64,000 bases of DNA from Nageia nagi. Taxonomy: Eukaryota > Plantae > Pinophyta. The notes below the pieces were generated by a model, which saw only the letters and a program-made list of their open reading frames with translations, was not told the origin of the DNA and did no database searches. Both the position numbers and the translations under genes were made by a program. The stretch lies in NCBI GenBank assembly GCA_050084985.1, contig JBITNC010000001.1:48360001-48424000 (forward strand). Direction: 5' to 3'. Below are positions 1-12,010 of the stretch, piece after piece; position 1 is the first letter of the stretch; each line of letters starts with the position of its first letter.

Positions 1-490
1 ATCTTAACACCTTCTTCACAATAATAGGTGTTTACAAGATTTCTCCAAGAGTGGCTAATTTGTTTACCACATCTTTGAATCTCATACAATAATCTCCTAC
101 ACTTTCAATTTCTTTCATCATCAAATTTTCAAAATCCTTCTGCAATGTTTGTATCTTGACCACCTTCACTTGGTCACTTCCTTCATATTCCTCTTTGAGA
201 TACCTCCATGCTTCTTGGGTTGTTTTGCTTCTTGCAATTATTGGGAAGAAGCTATCATTTAGTGTTGAATCAATGTACCGCAAGGTAAGGGAATTATTTT
301 TTATTTCTTCCCTCTTGCTTTTTTATAAATCTCCTTTTAATGTGCTCCATTCAGTTGGTTCAACATAACCTTTATCAATAATATACCACAAATCCTTTCC
401 TATTAACAAATGCCTCATCTTAATGCTCCAATATTAATAATTTTGATCATTGAATTTAGGGATGAGTAGCGAATTGTTCAAGTTGGCCAT
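1..490 (-). mobile_element. Ty1/Copia gag (UBN2-type) N-terminal remnant, truncated by the window edge
   Basis: ATG at 490; reads MANLNNSLLIPKFNDQNY*YWSIKM...LW...GYVEP, continuing into ORF 32..283 (TTQEAWRYLKEEYEGSDQVKVVKIQTLQKDFENLMMKEIESVGDY), typical Copia gag. In-frame stops present. Confidence 0.85.
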
Positions 491-1099
491 GACACATAAG
501 CAAGTATAATTGAAGACTTCCTTTAACAAAGTTTGCTCAAAACTTGAGTCTCTTTCTACCAAATGTGGGATTCAAGACAGGGCATTATTTCTCTCAGGTG
601 CAAAGCGACAACGCTAGAGAACATGAATATAGAGTGATTTCGTACGATGTTTGGGGGCTAAACCCTTTAGATTTATTATAAAGTCTTATGTTTGGACTAA
701 CTCGTGTAAAAAATACAATATCAAAATAAATACATAAACAAATAGAAGAATACATGCTCTGCAAAAGTCTACTTCATCATAAATGTTCCTCACACATAAA
801 TGGAGGGAAAAACTAATAAAATATACTCAATTATGATTAATTAAAGTGTTTCTAAAATAATTTGCACACTGCTAACTCTCCTTCAAGGTTTTTTTTATTC
901 AATCAACTTGAATACGAAGTGATAATTACATATTTTATCAATAAAAGGCTCTTCAAGACACCTAAGAATCATAAGACACTAAAGGACTCTTTTGAATTCT
1001 TTCTACACTACTAAAAATATGGCACCTACAACAAATAACAATATTTGCATTATGTACATGGAATAATGCTTAGCATCAATCCCTAACAAATTAGTTTGG

Positions 1100-1850
1100 T
1101 TGCAAAATCTCTTTATCAAGAGATTAAATCACATTCAAATCAATAGGGATGTTTTGTTGGTTCAATGTTCCTTCATTTAGTTGTTGATCTAGTTTTGGTG
1201 TAACCTTTACGGTTGGGATTCCTTTGAAGGGATAATAGGTTGGGTCATTTATGATTATTCATTTGGTAAGGTTGGGGGTATTTGTTTGAATCTTCAATGG
1301 TGTAAAAGTTTCACCAGCGACTCTTCCATGGTTTGAAGGCAGTGGTAATAATTATTATTTTGAGTATCTTGAATAGGCATTATTTACTTACAATTTGTAT
1401 TTTTTTTAATTTGGGTTGCTAAAAAGGATCAAGTTTTGGGGGAGCTAGAGGGAATCTTCTTGCTAGTTGGACATAATTATAGTAGATCTTGCATCTAATT
1501 ATAATATTTTCATAGTGTAGGGATATATCCCATTTAGAAAGTTTGTCTTGGATTTTAATTTTAGTCGGTAGAGGAAGCAACAATTCAAGGTTTACATAGA
1601 TTCTGACATAATATAATTTTATATAAGATTTTGTCTTATCAGAGGAACCTATGAAGATTCCCAAGGAATTACCAATGGTGTTAAAAATAAAATTTTTATA
1701 GAGCTTGAAAGGAATTCTATGCAGTCAAACCCATACCAAAGTAAAGAAAAGGAATTCTTCACTCGACATATATCCCATGTTCTATGGTTTCATGAATAGA
1801 CCAACTTTACCAAAAAACCAAGTAGCTCCTTAGAAAATTAGGTCTCTGTA
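1100..1850 (-). mobile_element. LINE ORF1 remnant (DUF4283 + degenerate zinc knuckle)
   Basis: Degenerate W-V-x-L-x-x-I-P...IGNSLGIFIG...YVRIYVNLELLLPLPTKIKI...LHYENIIIRC, the pattern of plant L1 ORF1. Confidence 0.7.
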
Positions 1851-1858
1851 TTATTTAT

Positions 1859-3560
1859 TGTAGATGCCTAAATATGATTTTTTTTTAATTAATAATTCAT
1901 ATTTATTGAATTAAATAATATTATTGTAAAAAAGATGTAGATGCACCACAAGCAATGTAATAAGTAAATATAAATGTAAAAGGTGTAGATCTCAAGAACA
2001 AATGCATCTTTAAAAGAAGATCAAAGCAAGATATTCCATACATAGGCAAGTCCAAGGAATACATCATAATTGAAACAATATCTTTAAACACCACCAATTA
2101 ACCTTGGATTTTTTATGCCCTAGTTGCGATGATCATATTCTACTCTTTGTGTGAGATCAGATTCTTCATATTTCAAGCCATTAATGACATGCGTTATGCA
2201 TGGTATGTCATCATGTTTGAAGTTGAATTTGCAATACTCTTCATCTTGTTCTACATACTTCAATTCATGTGCATGAATCTACTTCATTAAGGCCGTTAAC
2301 GATGTGCATTTCTTATAATGAGTTATCGCAATCGATGTATGATCTATGTTATTTCATTTTGATGGGATCTGATAAAGGTACCTAATTTATCATACTTGTT
2401 TATTGACATATCTCTAATATATGCTTCAATATTATAATGTGAAGAAATAGTCCTTCAATTTATTATTCATGCATTATTTTTAGTCTACATTTTGGTGAAC
2501 CCATTATTTCAAAGGATTTTTTCCCCTGGGGCAAGATTTTATGCAAATTTGAGGAGTTTCATTTGAATCTCTCTTTTTATCCAATTCGTCATTAGCCACT
2601 GCTTTAGTAGATTCTAATAGTGACTCATTGGCCATTGCTTTGATAGTTATTAATGTCAATTTATTAGCCACTACTTTGGTAGATACCAATATTGATATGT
2701 TGGCCATTATCTTTTAGATACCAATGGTGATTAACTATTGTAGTAGATACCAATATTGACATGGTGGGAAAGCAAATCAGAAGAAAGAAATTAAGATAAA
2801 AAATGAAGGAGTTACCCCCATCCATCAAGCAAGGAGAAAAGAGTTTTTGGTTGTATCATGGGAAATGGTCGAAGGAATTCATATGGAGAGTAGATCCAAA
2901 TATATCATTAATCCTTCAAGATGAGAGTTTCTAATGAATTCCTGGGAAAACCTCAAAATATCATCTTCCCCATTTGATTTTTATCTTGGTCACCCCATTC
3001 ATAGAGATTTCTTGGGGAAATCAAGTCAAAAAGGGGCATACAAGAGGCATCAAATCAATAATAATCAAGGAGAAATGGTTCAATTTTAGGCATATATTTT
3101 TTTCTTTAATTCTTTGGATTATGCAGCTTCAATGCCTTTCATTACATATCGAAAGAGGGGCAAACTGTAGATGCCAAAATATGATTTATTATTAATTACT
3201 AATTCATATTTATTGTATTAAATAATGTTATTATAAAAAGGGTATAAATGCACCAAAGCAATGTAATAAGCAAATATTAATGTAAAAGGTGTAGATATCA
3301 AGAATAAATGCATCTATAAAAGAAGATCAAAGCAAGATATTCTATATGCAAATGAAGTCCAACGAATATGACTCAACTAAAATGATATCTTTAGACACCA
3401 CCAATTAACCTTGGATTTGTTATGCCCTAGTTGCAGTGATCATATTTTATTCTTTACATGAGGTCAGGTTCTTCATATTTCAAGCCATTAACAACATTCA
3501 TTATGCATGGTATGTCATCATGTTTGAAGTTTGATCTATAATATTCTTCATGGTGTCTAT
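1859..3560 (+). mobile_element. Small non-autonomous LTR element (TRIM/SMART-like), 3' LTR truncated
   Basis: LTR1 1859-2489 (TGTAGATGCC...GTCTACA); PBS-like TGGTGAACCC at 2493-2502; ~675 bp non-coding interior; PPT GAAAGAGGGGCAAAC at 3151-3165; second copy of the LTR from 3166, alignable to about 3560. Confidence 0.75.
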
Positions 3561-6384
3561 GTTAAGGTCCAAATCTGAATTGTTCGACTCCTCCTTCAAA
3601 AACACCTCTATGTAATGCTCTTATTTCTTGCATTGCCTTGGCAACAGTACCCTAGCTCCCAAGACTTCTTGCAATATAAGCCCTTATCTTCCTCCCTTAT
3701 TTTCCTTTGTGTGGTTGTGTCCAACTGGTTCATTTGAGGTGGGGGGAAAGGTTTGGTCTTGCTAGGCCCCTCCTTATCTACGTAGGTATTTTGCATGGCC
3801 GATCCCTTGAATTTCTATCCTCCCTTGAGGGATTTCATTATTGGATGAAGGTTGTATGTAGCCCTTATAGCATCATCAAGGTTCTTAAGAGAGGAAATCT
3901 TGACCATTCCGTGTAATAGCTCCATCAAGCCCTTTATGAAGAGGAATGTCAATCACTTCTTAATAATGTGATGGATCATGACTACAATTTTTGGGAAATT
4001 TGATACATACTCATCCATTACTCCTTGCTACCCTAATGATGTTAAATCTAGAAGTAGTCATTCTCCCTCTTTCGATCAAATCTCTTAACCAGTTGCCTGA
4101 CAAACTTGTCAAAAGAGATCATGAGTGAGTAATGTTAGATGATTAATCCATGTTGCCACCACTCAAGGGCATCCCCCTCAAAGTGTAAATATGTGTAATG
4201 GATCACATCTTCCTCCATCATGTTTGGGCTCAGGGTGAAGTAAGTTTGTAGCTGATGCAAACATGCCCTAATAGTCATCCATTTTCCATCCTACATCTAC
4301 ACTTCCATTTTATTTATGTTCTGTTACAAGTCTCTCATCTCCCCATGAGTTACTTGGGGTATGTGTTCCATGTGTACTACTCCCTTTCAACCCTAAGACT
4401 TTCAGGTAACGATTGAAGTTAACATCTCAGTTCAACCTTAGATCCAACATGGAATACTTCCTAAAAATCTAATTCAACTATAATGGACTAGGAACCCTAT
4501 TCTTCATCTCCTCTCTTGACTTCTTGATGAACATGGGCTTTGATAACTTAGGGATGATGGATTGCTCCATCGTCTTGCCAACTTCCTCCACTAGGTACCT
4601 CCTTATTAGAGGGTTAGTACCATATGGTGCTCAGTGTGAATGGGATCTCAGAAGTGTGGGTTTTAGATGAGCCATAGATCTATGGTGAGTAGATTATTGA
4701 TCTCTCGAGCTACAAGATCTCCTCATGCTTAGCTCCCTATATGCCCTATCCTCCTCATGCAACTCCTTTCTATCACTTGGAATAGGATGTGGGGGGCTGA
4801 CTTACCTTTTTGGCTTCTCATGAACTCCCACATGTCTATTTAGCTACCACTGCATGGTAATGATGGCTCTTATCATGTTATGGATGGCCAAGATGAGTTC
4901 ATTAAACTTTTGTTTAGGTGTGGAATCCTAAATCAAAGTAGAACCTCTTCTCTTTATTGATGTAGGCCTTCATCTTGGTGCATCATCCTCCTCTCCAGAT
5001 GCACCCTCATTCGGTGCCTCATTCATCCATGGTTGATGATCCTCCTCATGGATGACCTTATGAGGTGTTTCTTCGATATGTGACTTTTCACTCTTCCTTA
5101 TGGATGCCATCTCTCTTCAAGTGTTAAATATAGTGTAATAGCGATGTACTATCAATTTTATACATAGGTTGGTTAGATCTAAGCTTTGATACCACTGTAA
5201 ATATTCGATTACCAATTCAAGTGCAATTAAATTAAACATGACCAAATATACCCAACATTTAGATAAGAATAGCAAGAATAAGCATTCAAACCCTCAATTT
5301 GCCAATGTTAGTACTAGGGCATCTAATACAAGTTTGTACAACACAATTATGCCAACGTATGCTAACTACAAGCATGCATTAATAAATAAACCACAACATT
5401 GTAAATAGTAAAGAATATACAAGATAAATATGAAGATCCAAATGCCCATGACTGTATGTAAGGTAAATGATGAATAATAATATAATACCAAGCTCTCGAA
5501 GCTGGAAATTGGCCTCCAAGGAGCCAACTAGGGCTCAAATGATGTTTCTCACTACTGGATGAATGATGGAATAATGGATAGTCTTGCTCCTCAAAACTTA
5601 ATTCCTCTCCATCGAAGGAGCCCTCCTCTGATCTCGATAACCATTAAAGGTATAAGTGTAACCTCAAAATACCACTGAATGGGAAAGGGTGTACACCATT
5701 TACGTAGACTATAGGATCCCTCATCCTGATAGCCCTCCTATACGCTACACCTAAGGGATTGCTTAGCATTTATAAGACTTGTGTCCACTAGACAATATCA
5801 AGAGATAATAATAATGATCAAGTATATCTAGCTATGAGGCTCTAATGCCTCTTTATACATAACTATATTTGGATCTCACCCAGGAGTCATCACCCATCTC
5901 CTTAATTCCAATGTTAGACTCCTAGGGATCCAAAAAGTCCAATGTGGATGCTTAGGAGTCAAGCATACCAACATGGGGGCCTAAAGTACTATAAATACCA
6001 ACATGGGGATTTAGGAGTGCCACACATGTCCAACGTGGGTCTAGGATCCATGTGAGGGGTCTAGGTGTCATCATGGACCAACGTGGGGGTCTAAGAGTCT
6101 GCCTAAGGTTGATGCATGTATACAAGTGCTCATCCATCCATATAAGTGCTAAACAAACCTTGGGATTCTCATAATCATGATCAGGAACTCCAAGTATAAT
6201 TAAACACCTATATCTATGCTTGGGAGGGAGACATCTCATTTGGGGCTCACAGTAGGGTCCATTTACCGATTAAGTATTCTATCCCAAGTCTTAACTTAAA
6301 ACATAACATAATAATAAAGTATGTTACAAAAGGGAATTCATAGAGTTCTAAAATCAAGTACAATAATATAAGGGGGACATCAAA
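3560..6384 (-). mobile_element. Truncated Gypsy element (5' LTR 5196-6384, PBS, gag remnant), same family as 55180-60741
   Basis: AAGCTTTGATACCA at 5181-5194 is a Met-i PBS on the minus strand. ORF 3608..3796 (VDKEGPSKTKPFPPPQMNQLD...YCKKSWELG) matches 57846..58046 (VDKEGPSKAKPFPSPRTNQLD...CFYCKKTWEPGH). Confidence 0.85.
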
Positions 6385-6980
6385 AGGGTTTAGAGGTTTA
6401 CAATACAAGGTGTATGATTTAGGAATTTTACAATTTTAGGATGTTTAGGGTTCTAAAATTCAAAGTGTATAATTCAAGGGCTTAATATTTTTAGGGTTTA
6501 GGGTATAAGGTTTTAAGAGTGTAGGGGTTAGGGTATAAGGTTTTAAGGGTTTAGGTATTTAAGGTTTTGTCTAGGGATTTCAAGTTTTACAAGTTTAAGG
6601 TTTAAGAGTTTTATGATTTTACAATTTCAAGGTTTAGGATTTAAATTTCGAGGGGTTAAGGATTTAGAGTTTAAGTTTATAGGGTTTATGGTTTAAAGGC
6701 TTAAGGGTTTTAGTGTTTATGATTTTAGGAGTTTAAGGTTTAGGGTTTAAGGGTTTACAATTTTATGATTTTAGGGTTATGCTTTTTAAGATTTAAGGTT
6801 CATAGTTTAAAGGCTTAAGGATTTTAGAGTTCAAGGTTTAAGATTTAAAAGTTTAGGGTTTAAGGGTTTAGGGTTTTATGATTTTAGGGTTTAAGCTTTT
6901 AAGATTTAAGGTTTACAATTTAAGGGTTTAGGAGTTTAGGGTTTAAGCATATAGGGTTTTACAATTTTGGGTTTAATCAA
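6385..6980 (+). repeat. Degenerate plant-telomere-like (TTTAGGG/TTTAAGG)n array
   Basis: Dozens of TTTAGGG, TTTAAGG and GTTTAAG variants, e.g. TTTAGGGTTTAAGGGTTTAGGG near 6850. Confidence 0.85.
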
Positions 6981-7294
6981 GGTTCAATGTTAGACTTAAA
7001 ATAATAAAAATATGAATTAGTTTCTTTAAAATATGACTTAAGTTAGTAAAATATAATTGAAATATAATGAAAATCAATCCTATAAGACTATATCCATCAA
7101 CCTTTTGACCAATGACATTAACTACCATGCCAAGAATAAAAAATAAAACATAAAATTCCCTCTCAACTTAATTATCGATTTCCCCATGTAGTGACAATAT
7201 TGAAAAATATATGAGCTCACAATTATCATTAATTATTAAATCATATACATCATTGTATATGATTCCATTTGTAAATATATATTTATGCATGTAC

Positions 7295-7545
7295 AATAAC
7301 CCATAACACTAACACCAACCATAACCCTAACCCCTAAATCATAATCATAACCCTAACAATAACCCTAAAAATTCATAACCCTAACCATAACCCTAAATAT
7401 TTATAACCTTAACTCTTAATTGCTTACCTTAACCTTAACCCTAACCCTTAACCTCTTACCCTAATCGCTTACCTTAAACTGAACTATAATCCCCAACTAT
7501 TAAAATCTAATCCCTAAACCACCTTAACCTTAACCCCTAAATTTG
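7295..7545 (-). repeat. Degenerate telomere-like (CCCTAA/CCTTAA)n array, inverted relative to 6385-6980
   Basis: Repeated AACCCTAA, ACCTTAA and CCCTAAA units. Confidence 0.8.
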
Positions 7546-8489
7546 ACTTAGGTCAATAAATTTTTGACTTATGTTAGACCTAGGTCGTTAAAACTTTAAC
7601 TTAGGTCATACTTATTAGGTTACTAAAAATTTGATTTAGGTTAGTAAAAATTAAACTTAAATAATTTGATACTATTTTTTTCTTTTAATATACACTACTA
7701 ACATTAAATATTTGATTTGTAATAGTTTTTGTGCTATTAGTTAAATAGTTAATTGTGATTTTATATTCATGAAATGATTGTTAATTTGTGAGTATTTACT
7801 AACATTTATTTAATTATCATTTGCAGGGTTCTTCCAGAGTGCTTGGTAATTAGGGGGTAGAAGACGTGGATGAAGAAAACAATGGCAATGAGCATGGATG
7901 TGATGGTGATTGATATAGAGTAGGGGATAGTGAGGGTTTCTGGATTAGATGATAGTATTGATGATAGTGATCATTGTACATGTTCATTACAGATATTTTC
8001 ATACATTTACAATGTCTATATGTTAAGTTTTTAATGTGTTTACAAATTATTTTGAGTTTCAAAGTTTTGCTTCTATTGAATTTAATTATATTTAATTTAT
8101 TTCAATTCAATTACATTTATTTAATTCAATTAAATATAATTAATAAATTAAAATTCACTATAATGAATTAATTCAATTTAATATAATTTTTTCAAAAATA
8201 TCATTAAATTTTTTTTTTAAATGCAAATTTTATTTTTCAATTATAAATTCTTGATGTTAATACCAATGTTATACCTAACAAAAAAATACAAATTGATTTT
8301 TTTTAATTATATTTCATGACAGTATAACTAACAACAATAGTGATAGAAAACATAATGTTTTTATGGTATATATGACATCCTTGACATTATGCATGACAAA
8401 AATTATGATGAAATTGTATTGATTTTATGATGAAATACCTAACATTGTGTGTGACATGCACTGATAAAATGCCTAATGAAAATTCTACT

Positions 8490-8602
8490 AGTAGTTCTGA
8501 CGGACACGTTAACATTAACCATATCATTAGGGGTTACAAATAAAAAAAATACAAAGGGGCCCAACGTTATTTCTAATGGTGGACCCCTATTTTCTTATAG
8601 TG
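8490..8602. mobile_element. CACTA (En/Spm) terminus remnant
   Basis: ATTTTCTTATAGTG ending at 8602 is the reverse complement of CACTATAAGAAAAT, close to the CACTACAAGAAAA TIR consensus. The partner end is uncertain. Confidence 0.45.
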
Positions 8603-8679
8603 CTTGATTAACACTAATAATTTTGAGCTCAATTGCCACCCTTTGAAATTGATTGCCTACCTCTTTTTTGAACTAATAA

Positions 8680-9150
8680 TACATGCTTGATAATACTTAA
8701 AAATACATTGATAAACACTTGAACTCATATGACAATACTTGAAAAGAGTTTGATAAACACATTAAGGCATATGATAATACTTTAAAATAATTTGATAAAC
8801 ACATGATAGAAACATTGATAATAATATGATGAACACATTGATGAGCTCGTGATACACACAATGATAAGCACATGATAATCATATTCATAATCACTTGAAA
8901 AATATATTGATAACCTTGGTAAAATCATAAAAATAAATTTATAAACTTTATGAAAGTACATTGATAAACTCATGAAAACACAATGGAAATCTTCATAAAG
9001 TACATTGATAAACTCATGAAAACACATTGAAAATCTTCATGAAAAACAATTGATAATGTTCATGAAAATACATTATTAAGCTCATGAAAAAAACATTGAT
9101 AATCTTCATAAAAATACATTGATAAAATCACTGATGGACTTATGAAACTT
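8680..9150 (+). repeat. Degenerate ~20-23 bp tandem repeat (ACATTGATAAACTCATGAAA-like)
   Basis: About 20 imperfect units visible by eye. Confidence 0.7.
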
Positions 9151-9245
9151 ATCTTTCCTAAAGATTGCATTTTATGATTTTACCTTGATAAGATTTCCAA
9201 CTATTTATTGATAACTTTTCTATTTCCATTCAAAATCGATGAAAC

Positions 9246-9730
9246 TGTTAGAATTTGTAATGAAATATTGTGAATATCTAAACTCCTTGTAAGTTCAATT
9301 AATCACTTAAAGGATATGTAGATACCTTAAGGGATTAATTGAATTCTTTATTATGTGTGGACTTTGACCTAACCATGGGGTTAGTTGGTAGGTTAAAGTT
9401 AGGTCATGCATTTATTGTAACCCTAACCTTACCCTTGGGTTAAAGGGAGGTTAGGGAGGTGCTCTCAAGCTATAAATAGAGGGTCTCTCCTCTTGTAATT
9501 AATATCTTAGATTTGGAGTAACATTACTAGTTTGTAGGAGAGGAAGAGAATAGTTGTAAGAGGGGCATACTTGAGAATTGAGATACTAGTTGTGGATGTA
9601 CTCCCAAGGAGGGAGGAACCACATTATATTGGTGTCATATTGTGTGAATGGTGTTGTTAGCTAGTAGATGATGAATGATTTAGCTTCCTAGTCTTGGACC
9701 TTGAGAATTAGATCTAGGCTAATTCCATCA
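9246..9730 (+). repeat. Copia 5' LTR (485 bp)
   Basis: TGTTAGAATT...TTCCATCA; differs from the 3' LTR by about 5 substitutions and one 5-bp indel (counted by eye); TATA-like CTATAAATAG near 9470. Confidence 0.97.
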
Positions 9731-9745
9731 AGTGGTATCAAAGCT

Positions 9746-9857
9746 TGGTGTGGAAGCTCTTCTTCTACATCTTGGAGGTTCTTCATCCTTCTTCATTCCT
9801 TTGGTGTGGAAGCTCTTCTTCTACATCTTGGAGGTTCTTCATCCTTCTTCATTCCTC
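9746..9857 (+). repeat. Tandem duplication of ~55 bp just after the PBS
   Basis: TTGGTGTGGAAGCTCTTCTTCTACATCTTGGAGGTTCTTCATCCTTCTTCATTCCT occurs twice. Confidence 0.9.
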
Positions 9858-10417
9858 ATCTTACACCCCATTGGTGAGGTAAATTTTAAGAGAAGGTATA
9901 AATTTCCTCCTCATTTGGTTATCTTATGGATTATTGCATTAGAAACTAACATATTTTGTGAGATATTGGAGCTTATTTTTGGCAAAATATGATCAAAATG
10001 GTAATGCAAGCATTTTTTTATACTAACCTCTTATGTTAGTAGCATTTTTTTTTACAAAAATGCTTAATACATGATATACCTTTTAAGAGGATACTATGTA
10101 ACGCAAATATTTTTTTACTAACATTTTGTTTGTTAGTAGCATTGATTAATAACTCTATTACAAGGATTTCCAAGGTGTAATAGTTACATAATACTTTATT
10201 TCTTCTCTAAATTTTCTTATTTTTTGCAAAAATTTTAATGCAAATAGAGGGAAATAATTTCTAGAGGCAATTCTTTAAAATTTAAAGAAAATATGGGGAT
10301 ATTTGCCCTCTCTCATTTTTTATTGTTGAAATAAAAAGTGGAAGACTTTACAAGTTTTTTTGAAATATTTACAATATTTTTTTTTACATATAAATCAAAA
10401 AAATTATTGGAGGGGGG

Positions 10418-10665
10418 ACAAAACAAATTTGAAAAGGTCTGCAAACTGTTTGACAAAATTCCTCGAGCCTCCACCTCCACGACCTGGTAGACATGTATGC
10501 AAAATGTGGAAGCGTAGGGAAGGCACAGGAATTATTTGACAAGATGCAGACAGAGTTTCATGGTCTGCAAATGGTATTGATAGAGTTTCATGGACTACAA
10601 TGATCACAGAATATGCACAAAATGGATACGTTAAGGAGAGTTTGCACATTGTTTGATAGAATGTC
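10418..10665 (+). pseudogene. Captured PLS-class pentatricopeptide repeat (PPR) gene fragment in the Copia leader
   Basis: From 10484: LVDMYAKCGSVGKAQELFDKMQ; then DRVSWTTMITEYAQNGYVKESL; upstream QNKFEKVCKLFDKIPR. These are hallmark PLS-PPR motifs; the fragment is frameshifted. Confidence 0.88.
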
Positions 10666-11845
10666 TCCCATAATCAGCTCCTAGTCAAACGAGTTTAAAT
10701 GTCACCTGGCTGCTGCCTTCTCGTTGTGTGTGGAGGTGAGGAAGACCCGAAGGAGTCAAACTAAGGTTGCCTACATTGAAGAGAGTCTACCTCCACCGCA
10801 TCCTTCTCCCTCACTAGCCAGGCACGACCTCTCAGAATACCAGTCGCCAAAACGTGAGATGCCATCTCCTCGTCACTATATCTCCTTGCGCACCTCTGCC
10901 TACACACATGAAGATTTGACCACCACCAGCCTCCCTCTCGGCCCTTCGCACACACAGTTGGGACTTACTTGCCATGTTGTCTCAAGCGACGTAGAATACA
11001 AAAATGGTTTCATGTAGATCCCAAAGAGACGTCTACACCAATGTGACTGTCTTTAGATGTAAAACCAAACTCTACAAAGGCTAAAGGACAATTTAACATT
11101 CTCCTCCCTTACCAGCTACGCCTTCTCCCTCCTCCCTCACCATCTAATCTACTATTATGCATGGCCACCATCACCTCCATTGCTGACCTTGAACTCTCTC
11201 CATTGGCTGTCTTCTAGTGCCTCCATGTAGGTCATCCTACCTCCCACGGTCAAGTATGATGGCTGCCAACTCCTTACAAGTCTTCTTTGTCACTTAAATG
11301 CACTTAGAAGCATTAATTTCTTGTTGACCACTTGCAAAAATGATGCACTTCCAAAAGCAACGTATGCTCTTCTTGGTAGAAGAAAAAGGGGGGGTCATAT
11401 TTTTACAACTACAAAGCATTTAATTGTTTTTTGACTTAGGAGTATTTTTTTAGTGCTTGAGGTAGGAGAAGCATTAAAATGCATAAGTAGGGGTATGGGT
11501 CTCCTTCTTTTTCCATTTAATTCTTGGAGACTTGGTAAGTGGTGAATATTTTTAACTTATTTTAAGTTAAACTTAGCTTAATTTTTAAAAAACAAAAATG
11601 CTTATAATATTTTTAATATTGCATGTTTAATTTACTAAGGTGCACATGCAATTTCTAGAATGCTAACCTCTTAGCATTTTTTTTCTCTAAGCATAGTAAT
11701 TTAGTCTAAGTATGCTATCTTTTTAAGTAAATAAGGGAATTTTTTTACTTAAAATACTTACTTATAAGACAAGTCTTAGCATACAAGTTTTTTTTTAGGG
11801 ATAAAACTTTAAGTGAAAAGGGGGGAATTGGTATAATTTTTACTT

Positions 11846-12010
11846 AAACTTTATCTAGATCTTGCATGCTAGACTTGTGATGCATGTCTCTTTATCTTGT
11901 AAACTTTATCTAGATCTTGCATGCTAAACTTATGATGCATGTCTCTTTATCTTGTAAACTTTATCTAGATATTGCATGCTAGACTTATGATGCATGTATC
12001 TTTATCTTGT
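11846..12010 (+). repeat. 3 x ~55 bp tandem repeat in the Copia leader
   Basis: AAACTTTATCTAGATCTTGCATGCTAGACTTGTGATGCATGTCTCTTTATCTTGT occurs three times with few changes. Confidence 0.9.

Noticed and set aside
1006-8602. One complete CACTA element from CACTACTAAAAAT (1006) to 8602
   Set aside because: TIRs match poorly, the TSD is only 2/3 (CTA vs CTT), and the left end sits among LINE remnants; only the right terminus was kept.
10724-11290. Second captured gene fragment in the Copia leader
   Set aside because: GC-richer and coding-like, but I recognise no homology; a BLASTX search would be needed.
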